DNA of 64,000 nucleotides from Octopus vulgaris (Eukaryota). Position 1 is the first letter of the stretch, and each line of letters begins with the position of its first letter. Location of the stretch: contig OX597830.1 in the NCBI GenBank assembly GCA_951406725.2, positions 56,730,001 to 56,794,000 of the forward strand, given 5' to 3'. Of this stretch, positions 27,187 to 38,365 are shown one piece after another. The translations under genes were made by a program, and so were the position numbers. The notes beneath the pieces are model-generated. The model ran no database searches, was not told the DNA's origin, and saw only the letters and a program-made list of their open reading frames with translations.

Positions 27187-27324
27187 CTGAAATGATAAAT
27201 ATACAAATTATATAATTTGTATATGTCACTATATTTAGTTAGAAATTTATGAGTCGGACAATTTATCAGAAAATTGCAACCAAAAAATATTTTTCAGAAA
27301 GATAAACTGAAAAAACTTTAATCA

Positions 27325-27735
27325 TCTCTAATATAAATTGGACATGGGCAATCGTTGTGTTATTTCTTGTCTTGAGGTTCACAACCAAATGGCTGGATGG
27401 ATTCGCATGAAAAATGGCACACATGTGGAGACAGGTGCATAGATTGGAATGCAGTTTGTATTTTTTTCCTAACCCCCATACTTACCGAGAAAATCGATTA
27501 AAAATTTTTCTGATGGAATTCCCCTCTTTCTTCTGCCATTAAAAACAGCCAGTTGCTTAGAAGCTGTTTTCTGAAGGGGTGGGGTCAGGAAATGTTCATA
27601 CAGCTGGAGGCTCCAATCGAAACAGGGGACCCAAAACTATAAGGTTGAGAAACGCTGTCATAGATTATGCCTAACCAAAAACGATCACAGCCACGTCATC
27701 CAAACAGACTGGGTGAAACTGGGCTTAGCTGCTAG
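27325..27735 (+). mobile_element. Non-autonomous Helitron-like element
   Basis: A|TCTCTAATATAAAT ... CTGGGTGAAACTGGGCTTAGCTGCTAG|T. Confidence 0.68.
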
Positions 27736-28425
27736 TTTCATATAAACTTCTTTGAGATCATCTCTAGTTCCAGGTGTAGAAGCAAAACCTGGCATCAAAT
27801 GACAGAGGTGATGAAAGGCAAAATTAATCTTAGCACGATTTGAAGACAGAATGTAAACAGCTCGAAGAAATTATACTGCAAAGCATTTTACCGACAATCT
27901 AACAAATGTGCCAGCTCATCACTACTCAAAGCAATGATCCATATTAGGATTATGGCATTAATAGATTCAATATAATCAAGCATACTTTCACTTGTTTCAA
28001 TCATTAGACTGTGGCCATGCTGGGCCATCACCACCTTAAAGATTAGTCAACTGAATCAACCCCAATACTTGTTTTTTAAAGCCAGGTACTTATTCTATTG
28101 GTTTATTTTGCTGAACTGCTAAGTTACAGGGACATAAACACACCAACATCGATTGTCAAGCAGTGGTTGGGGACAATCCCCAACAAAGATGTACACACAA
28201 ATACATAACCTTTTCAGTTTCTGTCTACCATACGAACTCCCAAAGTTTTGGTTGGCCTGAGGCAATAGGAGACACTCACCTAAGATGTCATGCAGAGGGA
28301 TTGAACTAAGAACCATGTGGTTGGGAAGCTATATTCTTACTACAGCCATTCTTTGCTTATGTATTATTGAAAACAAAACAATAAAAGTAGTAAATCTAGA
28401 AATTCTAGATCATTCTTAAGCTTAC

Positions 28426-28832
28426 CATTGAACAGCAAGATGTGGAGGCATGTTACCATTTGAATCTGCAAAATGGGTATCAAGGCCAGGCTTCAAGAAC
28501 ATCTCTACCGCAACAAACCAAATGCAGAGATCCATTTCCATGATTATTCATCACATTGACGTCAGGTTTAGACAGCTGTAACACTCCTACTATCTTGCTG
28601 TGTCCACCTTGACAGGCTGAATGCAGAGATGTCATTCTCCGGTTATTCATCACACCAGGTTTAAACTGACATATTCACGGTGCCAATGCATTAACATGTT
28701 ACATGCAAAAATGTGTTGCCGTGCTTGGTCACTGCATTGACATCACAATTAGATTGCAGTAACAGCTGTGTCACAGTATACAACCTCACAGGCCAGATAT
28801 AAGGGAGGTCTACTACAAAAATCTTGATTTTT
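28426..28832 (-). pseudogene. Decayed ankyrin-repeat exon (MIB2-like gene remnant)
   Basis: Minus-strand translation across frameshifts/stops: SRPPLYLACE..QLLLQSNCDVNAVTKHGNTFLHVTC*..MNNRRMTSLHSACQGGHSKIVGVLQLSKPDVNVMNNHGNGSLHLVC..DSNGNMPPHLAVQ; bounded by ttttaaAG acceptor and GTaag donor. Confidence 0.85.
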
Positions 28833-29092
28833 CTTTAAAAGAAAGAGGTCAACATTTTAGCATTCAGTTTACTCTCTCAAATGTTATATGCTTATTTATT
28901 TACATGGTTTTGAATTAACCATGCATTATCTTGTAGCTCTGAGATTGAAGATGTGTTTACTTTTACATATTGTTTACATATTCGTTTTCTCCATACTTGT
29001 TAACACCCATCAGGCTGGTTTATTATCTTTTTTGTTCCCGGGAAAAGATCTTTATATAGACCAAGTTTTGTATATTTGGAATCTACTGCAAT

Positions 29093-29482
29093 ATAACAGT
29101 ATCGCCTGGCGTTGCTTGGGTTTGTTTCAGCCCTTTAGAATTGGAATTTTTGAAAAGTAAAAATTGTGCGTTATGTAGCTTGTTATTTTCTCTTTAAGTG
29201 AACAGTTTTCTGGTTGAAATACACTGAAAAATGGTGACACAGCAATAAAAAAATCGTAAAAAATAGGGATTTTCATAGGAAAAAAGCACCTTTTTGATGT
29301 AAATAATTTTTGGTGCTTACATGGTCGATTTGAATTTTTTCTTCTACGGAACGAAGAGCAAGCCTTCTTCTATCCTACTCTCAATTTTGGTCAGCTTGTG
29401 CCATAGGGTCTCAGAGGGGATAGTGTTAGTTGAAGGCTACCAAACCTGCCATACACAGACAACTTCAACTTTATATATATAG
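29093..29482 (-). mobile_element. Non-autonomous Helitron-like element
   Basis: Minus 5' CTATATATATAAAG..TGTCTGTG; 3' CCCAAGCAACGCCAGG hairpin remnant like that at ~15413. Confidence 0.6.
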
Positions 29483-30711
29483 CAATAACAATATAAAAGA
29501 TGTAGAAAATAAGGTATGAGAGTGGAGTTGAAGTTGGAGCATGTCTGTGAGTGATGTTATGCTAACCATTCAGATAGTCCTTCTCTGTATGTGGTCTTGA
29601 ATGCCTGTATGTGTAGCAGCAGTAGTACCATCCCAGATATGGGATGGTGCCACTGTGATCCTCACTTCAGTTTTGATTATTGCAGATTTGACCATATCAA
29701 TGCGTATGTAGTGTATACCTAGCATTGAGGTTAAACTAGAAAAACTAAACTGAATGAATGTTTATCTACCTACATGAAATCATACATTTACACGTACCTA
29801 AACCTACTTACCTAGCTACTATCTGTCTGTCAATCTATCTATCTATCTATCCATACTTCTATCTGTTTGTCAGTCTGTCTAATATGTGCACTAGATAAAT
29901 AACAGACATGTTATGTATGTATGAAACTGGTTTGCACACACACCACCACGTCTACTCTGCTAAAATACTTTCCTCAAACACGTCTGCTCTGCAACAAACC
30001 AATTCTTTTTTCTGTATATACATAGACCTTATATTAAAGTTTTCATACATATATATCCATCATTAGAAATTGACATTAAATATTTCAACCTCATGTTTTG
30101 AATTTTCAAGGGAAGTAACTGCAATTTTTAAAACAATGTTTATCTTAGAGTTAATTCCCTTGTGTAACTGTCCCCTTTCTTAATTCCAAGTATGTTCATG
30201 TTGGAAGGTAGATTCATTTTTACTGTCTAGTGGGAGTGAAATAATGGTTGTGTGTTCAAGCTCAATTAAAAGTTGATGACAGTCGGAATTTTAAGATGGA
30301 AACTTAGTGTAGCTGGTAATGTCGAGACGCTGCTAGGCTGAAGCGATAGCAATAATGGAATACTGCTTCCACGTTCTGGGACATTTTGCATCACATTCAG
30401 AGTAGAACCACTCACTTGATTGGTGATTAATCACTAACGGACACACTCTAGCCCCTGGCATACTCTCATCTTTCTTTCCTGTCACTACTATCATGGTCTC
30501 TGTTCCTTGGATCGAGCTGTTCTCGTACCGCTACCATCCAGGCACCCTCAATCCAATCGTCTTTCTACTTCTCGTCGCCTTTGTGGCATCCAACTATCTG
30601 CGATACCATACTAACCATTATTCCTAGTCCTTCCATCCAAGAACAAAATCCCTCAGAAATCTTCTTTCTGTTCATGTCTTTCTTACAGGTAAAAGTAAAT
30701 TGGAAAAAAGG

Positions 30712-31022
30712 CCCCCCACTTCGATCATGCATAACCATGAGATTGCACCTAGAAAGTTCCCTTCCGAGACAAAAGTCCGGGCAAGACCAGCAGTTGTCCG
30801 TGCATACCAGCCTCCCATCTCCATACCACCGATGTTGCCCAAGGGAAAGGCGATACAGCTTGGTACCAGTGACGTCGCAACTAATTTCTACAGCTGAGTG
30901 AACTGGAACAACGTGAAATAAAGTGTCTTTCTCACGAACACAACACACAATCCGCTCTGAGAATTGAACTCAGTACCTCATGATTGCGAGTCCAACGATC
31001 TAATCACTCAGCCATGCGCCTT
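30712..31022 (-). mobile_element. SINE family 3 copy
   Basis: Reverse complement of 5607-5950. Confidence 0.8.
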
Positions 31023-31150
31023 CTTAGAAGTATTAAACCTTAAACAGTTCAAACGCAACATGAAAAAAAAATTCTTGAGCCTTAGGATTCATAAAGCCAG
31101 TTATCCGGTCTCTATGTTTTATAAGTGACTGAAATCACAACATCTAAGTG

Positions 31151-31210
31151 TATTCTACTGACGAGGCAAAGCATTCCTAAATGCAAAGTCAGAAATCCGG
31201 GATCTAGAAT
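31151..31210 (+). ncRNA. Putative type I hammerhead ribozyme, copy 1
   Basis: ATTCTA-CTGACGA-stem II (GGC..GCATT ccta AATGC..GTC)-a-GAAA-TC cgg GA-TC|TAGAAT; one extra A before GAAA departs from consensus. Confidence 0.62.
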
Positions 31211-31628
31211 TATCCAGTAATTTTTTACTTGTTTTATCTTGTCTCTTTGTCTTTTCTCCATGTTGCTATATGTAAACTTAAGGTGGTTTTAGAGTCGGTT
31301 CATGGCTGCTATTTTCAGCTAGGTGGTATCTCGTAGATACCCTAATTTATAATTTTAATAATTATTACCTTTGAAGGTTATTTTTTCCATGCTGACCACT
31401 TGATAAGTTCGTTGTTTTATTTCAAATTAACGATCTTAGCCTTATTTACATAAATTTAAATTTATTTCGTCACTGTATTTACTGCGGTGATATTTTACCA
31501 TATAGCACATGGAATTAGCGGGCATTTTGAACTAGTCTTGATGCATACATGCATATATATGTATGTATACATTCGTATATGTAAGTATTCGTATGTTGTA
31601 TATATGTATTTATGTTTCTTTCTGAGCG

Positions 31629-31688
31629 TATTCTACTGACGAGGCAAAGCATTTCTAAATGCAAAGTCAGAAATCCGGGATCTAGAAT
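31629..31688 (+). ncRNA. Putative type I hammerhead ribozyme, copy 2
   Basis: Same motif as copy 1; predicted cleavage after the AUC ending at 31682. Confidence 0.62.
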
Positions 31689-31830
31689 TATCCAGTAATT
31701 TTTTACTAGTTTCATCTTGTCTCTTTGTCTTTTCTCCATGTTGCTATATGAAAGCTTAAGGTGGTTTTAGAGTCGGTTCATGGCTGCTATTTTCAGCATG
31801 GTGCTATCTCGTAGATACCCTAATTTATAA

Positions 31831-31883
<53 letters not shown>

Positions 31884-32134
31884 CACATATACATACATAC
31901 AAACATACTTACATGTATGTGTGTGTGGCTGTGTGTATGTCCACCATCGGTGTTAGAGTGTTTACAACCCCGTAACTAGCAGTTTGGCGAAAGAGACCGA
32001 TGGAATAAGTACTAGGTTTAAAAAAAAAACCCCTAGCGTCGATTTGTTCGACTAAAACCATTCAAAGCAGTGCTCCAGCATGACCGCAGTCAAATGACTG
32101 AAACAAAAGAAATAAAAGTTGTATGCTGGCTTGT

Positions 32135-33607
32135 AGCGGTGGTGGTGGTGGTATTAATGGTGATGGTATTAATGGTGGTGTATTGGTAAAAAGTTGGTAG
32201 TACTTGTAGTGTTAAAGTGGTAGTGGTGGTGGTGTTGTTGTAACAATTGCATTGTGGCGGTTTTGGTGGTTGTAGTGGTGGTAGTGTTCAAGAGGCGGGT
32301 GGTTTTGTTATTGTAGTAGCGACGATAGTGTTGCAGGAGCGACTACAACACCATCAGTCGCAGTGTTGTAGTGGTGGCGGTAGTATGGATGTTGGTATAG
32401 ATGGTGGTGGTGATTGTATGGATGTAGTGCTGGTGGTATGGGTGGTAGTATGAATGGTGTGGGTATGGGTAATGGTAAGGATGGTTGTGGCAGTATTGAT
32501 GATGGTGGTTGTTGTATCGGTGGTGGTGGTGTGGATGGTAGTATGGATGTTGGGGTATATGGATGGATGGTGGTGGTGGTATGGCTGGTGTTGATGGTGG
32601 TGTGAGTCTGTGGTGGTTTGGATGTTGGGGAATATATGGATGGTGGTGGTGATGGTATGGATGGATGGTGGAGGTTGTAGTTATATGGATGGTGCTGGTG
32701 GTAGTAGTATTGATGGTAGTGGTGGAGTGGATGGCGATGGTAGTAGTGGTATGGACGACTGTGGTGGTATATATGTATGGTGGTAGCAATGGTGGTGAGA
32801 TAATATTGTAGTATTTTTGTAGATGGTATAGTTCAACCCCGATCATTCAAGCCAATGATCAAAAGGCATTCCAGCCATGCCACTCTAACCTTTATATTCA
32901 GGACTACATATCCCCCCCCACCAACTATTTAAAAAAAGCAGTACTGAGGTTTTTGAGGGATCTTTGTCAACCATTTTTAGCAAGTTAAATGATTACATAC
33001 ATCAAAGGTCACCAACACGTCTCTGACCTGGTCACCCTGACTCCTCGATCCACCCAATACCCGTATTAACATTTGCTTTTTGTTAATTGTTATTTAAATT
33101 AAAAAAACCTCGAGGCGCCCGTAACTACTGTCTATAGCACACTCCCCAGGGTGTCACGACACCCCGGTTGGAAACCTCTGATGTAAGGGTTCCTTCGTTG
33201 GCTGAAGTCTCCTTAGAAGTAGTTGTGTTGGGGGTGATGACGATAATGATGATAATGATGGTAGTGGTGGTGGTGGTGGTAGTTATGATAGTGTTGATGT
33301 TGTTGGCGATGGTGATGATAGTATCAGGAGAGGAGGTGATGGTGGTGGTGACAGTGGTGTTGGTAACGATGGATGAGATGGTATTGTTGTTGTTGGTGGT
33401 GGTGGTGGCGATGGTGGTAGCGGTGGTGGTGTACTTGGTGATGGTAATAATATTGATGACGGTGGCAGTGATGGTGGATATAGTGGTGGCAGTGTCAGTG
33501 TTTGTGTTGTTGTTGTTGATGGTGGTAGGGATAGTAGTGGCGGTGGTGGTAATAGTGGTTAAGAGTGTTCGAAATGAAGAAAAGTGTGCGACAATGGTGA
33601 AGGTAGT

Positions 33608-33643
<36 letters not shown>

Positions 33644-33975
33644 CGCGGCGTGTTCTTGTGGTTACTGATGATGATGATAATGAGGAGGAGGAGGAGAAGG
33701 AGGAGAGTGTTGATGTGTAACGTTATCTTTATTATCTTGATAATTATCATTATCCTAAATATCATGGAAGCCAACACCATCACCACCACCACCACCGACA
33801 CTACCACCACCACCACCGCCATCACCACCACCACCACCACCGCCGTCTCCCGCTCCACCACCACCACCACCACCGCCATCACCACCACCACCGCCACCAC
33901 CACCGACACCACCGCCATCACCACCACCACCACCACCACCATCACCACCACCACCACCACCACAACCACCAACAC
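32135..33975. repeat. Low-complexity GGT/GAT and ACC trinucleotide region
   Basis: Degenerate (GGT)n at 32135-32800 and 33230-33610; (ACC)n at 33770-33975. Confidence 0.85.
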
Positions 33976-34204
33976 CGCCTTGTGAGTGAATTTGGTAGAC
34001 AGAAACTGAAAGTCAGACATATATATATATATACTAGCATTAAAGACCCGTCGTTGTCGGGTCATATTGCTAGTGCATGTATATATGTGTATATATATGT
34101 GTACATATTACATGTACATCTATATATATACATCTACACATAAAATACAAAATACAAAGTTATATCTTGATATCGCTAGTGATAACAATACTCAAAATAT
34201 ATAA

Positions 34205-34504
34205 CAGACTGGAATTATTAGCCCGTCTCTTGTAATTTCGATCAATTGTAACTTGTCCACCCTCTTGTATAGAAGTGTGGCTACAATCCAGCCTACCTCT
34301 ACTTCTGGTGGGGGGGGGGGGGATGCGTTAAAAATTCTTTTCCGGGACGTCGTACGTCCCAGATATAAATGTAAGTATGTAATATATTTCCACTTTGCAA
34401 GTTCGAGTCGAGTACTCCCTCGTTGACTCGAACCTTGCTTCTATTGTGGCGAATTTACCTTTCATAGTCGCACCAAGACACTTTTCGAAGGTGCTTTCCT
34501 CCAT
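34205..34504 (-). pseudogene. Degenerate fragment of a more distant ORF1 relative
   Basis: MEESTFEKCLGATMKGKFATIEARFES / YLGRTTSRKRIFNA / PPEVEVGWIVATLL align by eye to IEKCL..MK..KYGTVEVR / YKGRRGVRVKIPNI / PPEVKTEWLATAIL. Confidence 0.62.
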
Positions 34505-34508
34505 GTTG

Positions 34509-36434
34509 TTTTATTATTACCCACAAGGGGCGAACATAGATGGGACAATACAATCGGGAAAAATGAATAATGAATTATGAAGTTTGTACAATGTGGTGTA
34601 ATGCCCACTCGATCCCCGAAATCGAGCGGTTACATTTCGTCATTTGTTTTTTATTCGTCAACAATATTTTCCAAATAAAAACATTTTACACATTTTCAAC
34701 ATACATTTCAAAAATTTTACAAAGTTCAACATTTTTTTTTCAGAATTTAAAGTTCTTTTTATCATTTCCAATTTAAAGTTTTCACAATACCTTTTCTTTT
34801 ATATATACTCCATTATCTCTACCAAATCTTGGTAAATTTCCATCGTTCGTGGCCATCTTGTAAGTCGGCATTTCATATATTTTGTCACGTTCTTGCCAGC
34901 TGCCTCGATGAACGCCTCAGCGTCGTTCTCGTGGACGAGTGCACCTGTTTCTTTCCATTCGGTGCCCATCCTGACCCACGTATATCCATTTGTTACGTTT
35001 ATTAAATCTTCCATCTCCTCACAGTGCCTGTGATGGATCAACGTTCCATAGTATTTGAATTTTCTATTCGTACCTACGTTTTCTCTAGTTTTTCTCTTAG
35101 GACTTACTTCCTCTTTTTTCTCCTCCCTCGGTTTCTCTCTTTCTCTCTTTTTGCTTTCTCTTCTTTCTTTTTCCTTCTCTTGTCTTTTTGGCTCTTTGTC
35201 TGCCGTCTCTCTACCCTGTGCCTTAAGTTCCTTTCCTGTTGTTTCTTTTCCTTTTTGCATACCATCTTTTCCTTTCTCTTGGTTCTGTTCCTTCTCTTGT
35301 TCTTTTCCTGCTTTTTCTCTTTCCTTTAATGTACTTTCCTTTTCTTTCTCTTGCTTCTGCCTTGGCTTCTTCTCCACTACTTCTGCACCCTGTGAATGTT
35401 GCTCCTTTTCTACTATCTTCTTCCCTTTGTTTTCATTTTCCTTCAGTGCGCTGTTACTTCCCTTCTCTTGTTGTTTCTCCGTTATTTCCTTTTCCTTGTT
35501 TTCGCTGTTCTTTCCTTCGTGTTCGTTTTCCTTCTCTCCACTTTGTGTCTCTTTTTTGCTCCGCTGTGAATTCACACAGCGGACATTCCTTTTTTATGTG
35601 CCCTCTTGTTCCGCACTGGTAGCAATTCGGTTTTCTGCCCTCCACTATTACACTAATTGTTTTCTCGTTTTCTATTTCTATTTGGAAGGGAAATCTTTCG
35701 ATGTCTTCCATTGTGGCCATCAGCCACAACTCTACTCCGAATCCCTTCCAATTTACAACGTTCGTCTCCTTGATTGACCCTATTTCTACTTCCTCCTTTG
35801 CTGCCCCAATAATGGCTGTTACCAGCATTTCTGTTTTAATATCTGGGGGCACCTTTGGGACTCTTACCCGTACCCCTCGTCTTCCTTTATACGTCGGCCA
35901 CATGGTGAAATTTTCGGCTTTCAGGACAGTGGAAGCCAATGAGACCGCCACTTCCTTTGTTGCGCATCTCACCTCCACCGTCCCATATTTCTTTCCTCTG
36001 TCTACAAAAGTCGCTTTTTTCATGATGTCCCCAGACATTTCTCTATTTCTTCAATCGTCACTCTCACCAGTTTTCTCGTGTTTCTATCTTGCGTTCTATA
36101 CGTTATCGTCTTGTTATTTCTCTCCTCTATTGTTTCAACAGGCGGGACCAGCTTCACGCTGTCACCCTCCCTTTTGACGAACTTCTCGTATTCCTTCAAT
36201 TGTTCTTTTCTAAAGAACACTTCTTTTATTCTAAGAGACTCGTCACTTTTTGTTGTGGCGACCCCCGCGTAAGTCTCCATGACTTTAGGGTCGACACACC
36301 TTCTATAAAAGGTTCAAACACGCAGCGGCAAACGCCTCGCGCGATTCAATTTTTGACAATTTTTAACAGTTTTTTTTCAAATTTTCACATACAAAATAAC
36401 TCAATACACACGTGGATTGCGTTCCGCCATGTGA
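34509..36434 (-). mobile_element. ORF1-only non-LTR-like retroelement, unit A
   Basis: 5' TCACATGGCGGAA, structured leader, ORF, 3' UTR hairpin, tail GCCCCTTGTGGGTAATAATAAAA. Confidence 0.75.
34799..36280 (-). pseudogene. ORF1/Gag-like ORF of unit A with two frameshifts
   Basis: ORF pieces 36020-36280, 35454-36038 and 34799-35575 are colinear with the 476-aa ORF; shifts fall near homopolymer runs (~36030, ~35550), so they could be assembly errors. Confidence 0.85.
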
Positions 36435-38365
36435 TTTTATTATTACCCACAAGGGGCGAACGTAGAGGGGGACAGTACAATCGGGGGAAAAAAATAAAAA
36501 TAATGAAATATGAAAATATGTATAAATGTGGTGTAATGCTCCACCCGATCCTCGAAATCAGGCAGTTACATTTCGTCATTTTATAATGTTTTCAACAGTA
36601 ACAAATTCATTTTTCAGCATTTTGCAATACATTTCAATACATTTCAAAATATAATTTCAAAATACATTATCAATTACAGAAAAATTGTTTTCACAAATTC
36701 ACATATAAATCTTTCGCAATACATCTTTAAGGTTTCAAAATACATAACCAAAAGTCTTTCCAAATTTTCTCCTTTTTTTTTTTTTTTTTTTCTTTAATTT
36801 TAAATTATCTCCATTACCTTTTTTAGGTCATTATAGTTTTCCATTTCTTTTGGGTACCTTAGTAGTCGGCACTTCATTTGTCTTGTTACATTCGTTCCAG
36901 CGGCTTTGATAAACGCCTCGGCGTTGTCTTCATGGATCAGTGCACCCGTTTCCTTCCACTCCGTGCCCATCCTGACCCATGAATATCCTTCCGTTTCGCT
37001 TATAAGTTCTTCCATTTCGCCACAGTGTTTATATTGTACCAATGTTCCGTAAAATTTGTATCTTCTATTTGACCCTATGTTTTCTTTGGTTTTCCTCTTC
37101 GGGCTTACTTCTTCTTTACTTCCCTCTCTCGGTTTTTCTCTTTCTCTCTTTTTGCTTTCCTTTTCTTTTTCCTTCTCTTGTCTTTTTGGTTCTTTGTCTG
37201 TCGTATGTTCTTTTCCTGTTTTTTCTTTTTGTGTAGTAGCCTTTCCTTTCTCTTGGTTCTGTTCCTTCTCTTGTTTTTTTCCTGTTTTTTCACTTTCCTT
37301 TATTTTACTTTCTTTTTCTTTCTCTATTACCTGTGACTTTTGTTCTTTTTCTATTAATTCCTTCTCTTTGCCTTCATTTTCCTTCTGTGTATTGTTATTT
37401 CCTTTTACCGTTGTTTCCTTTTCCTTGCTTTCTTTCTCCTTTAGAGTATTGTTCCTTTCTTCGGGTTCTTTTTCTTTCTCTTTTCTGTTTTCCTCTGCTC
37501 TTTCACACTCCGCCACAAATTCGTAAAGCGGACATTCTTTTTTAATATGACCTCTTGTCCCACATAGATAACAGTTGGGCTTCCTCCCCTCAACTATTAC
37601 GCAGAGGGGTCTACCATCTTCTACTTCTATTTGGAAGGGAATTCGGTCTATATCTCTGTTTGTGGCTGTCAGCCACATCTCTATTCCGAATCCCTTCCAT
37701 TTCACTATGCTGGTCTCTTTTATCGATCCAATTTCTATACCTTCTTCTGCTGATCCTAGGATGGCTGTTACCAGCCATTCTGTTTTTAAATCTGGGGTTA
37801 TGTTTGGGATTTTAACCCGCACCCCTCTTTTCCCCTTGTAGGTAGGCCACATGACGAAGTTTTCGCCTCTGAGTACGGTGGTAGCTAGTGAGGCCGCAAC
37901 TTCTTTTGTTGCGTACCTCACCTCCACCGTACCATATTTTCTGCCTCTGCATACAAAGGTAGCCTTTTTCATAACGTCGTCCAGACATTTTTCTATGTCT
38001 TCTATCGCTATTCTCGATAGCTTTCTTGTGGTCGTGTCCTGTGTCCTATAGATTATAGTTTTGTCCTCTTTTTCCTCCTTTGCTTCAACAGGGGGGACCA
38101 GCTTCACTCTGTCATCCTCCCTTTCAATGAATTTCTCAAATTCCTCAAGCTGTTCTTTTTTAAAGAACACCTCTCTTACTGTCAGCGGCGTATCGCTTTT
38201 CATTGCGGCAACCCCCGCGTAAGTCTCCATGACTTGAGGGTCGGCACACTTTCTACAAAAAGTTTCTAACGCGCAGCGGCAAATGCCTCGCGCGATTCAA
38301 ATTTCAATTTCTATCTACAAAACTATCAATTACTTAACACACGCAAATTGATTTCCGCCGTGTGA
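36435..38365 (-). mobile_element. ORF1-only non-LTR-like retroelement, unit B
   Basis: Same layout; 5' TCACACGGCGGAA; tail directly abuts the 5' end of unit A. Confidence 0.78.
36800..38230 (-). CDS. Intact 476-aa ORF1/Gag-like nucleic-acid-binding protein (CCHC zinc knuckle, K/E-rich linker) of unit B
   Basis: Open ORF; CYLCGTRGHIKKEC = CX2CX4HX4C; preceding VRVKIPNI..P..W segment resembles non-LTR ORF1 RRM-like region; no RT follows before the 3' tail. Confidence 0.88.
   Translation of the reverse strand: METYAGVAAMKSDTPLTVREVFFKKEQLEEFEKFIEREDDRVKLVPPVEAKEEKEDKTIIYRTQDTTTRKLSRIAIEDIEKCLDDVMKKATFVCRGRKYGTVEVRYATKEVAASLATTVLRGENFVMWPTYKGKRGVRVKIPNITPDLKTEWLVTAILGSAEEGIEIGSIKETSIVKWKGFGIEMWLTATNRDIDRIPFQIEVEDGRPLCVIVEGRKPNCYLCGTRGHIKKECPLYEFVAECERAEENRKEKEKEPEERNNTLKEKESKEKETTVKGNNNTQKENEGKEKELIEKEQKSQVIEKEKESKIKESEKTGKKQEKEQNQEKGKATTQKEKTGKEHTTDKEPKRQEKEKEKESKKREREKPREGSKEEVSPKRKTKENIGSNRRYKFYGTLVQYKHCGEMEELISETEGYSWVRMGTEWKETGALIHEDNAEAFIKAAGTNVTRQMKCRLLRYPKEMENYNDLKKVMEII

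Larger units (their letters stand above)
31150..31833 (+). repeat. ~205-bp direct repeat (31150-31355 and 31628-31833), each copy starting with a hammerhead-like motif; retrozyme/Penelope-pLTR-like
   Basis: Near-identical copies 478 bp apart with a unique spacer between them. Confidence 0.85.

Noticed and set aside
30430-30690. Weak minus-strand resemblance to the ORF1 family (DDWIEGA, MIVVTGKK)
   Set aside because: Too short and degenerate to support by eye.
32247-34065. V/T/H/G-rich ORFs, and similar ORFs over CA/TA/ATT microsatellites elsewhere
   Set aside because: Translations of simple repeats.
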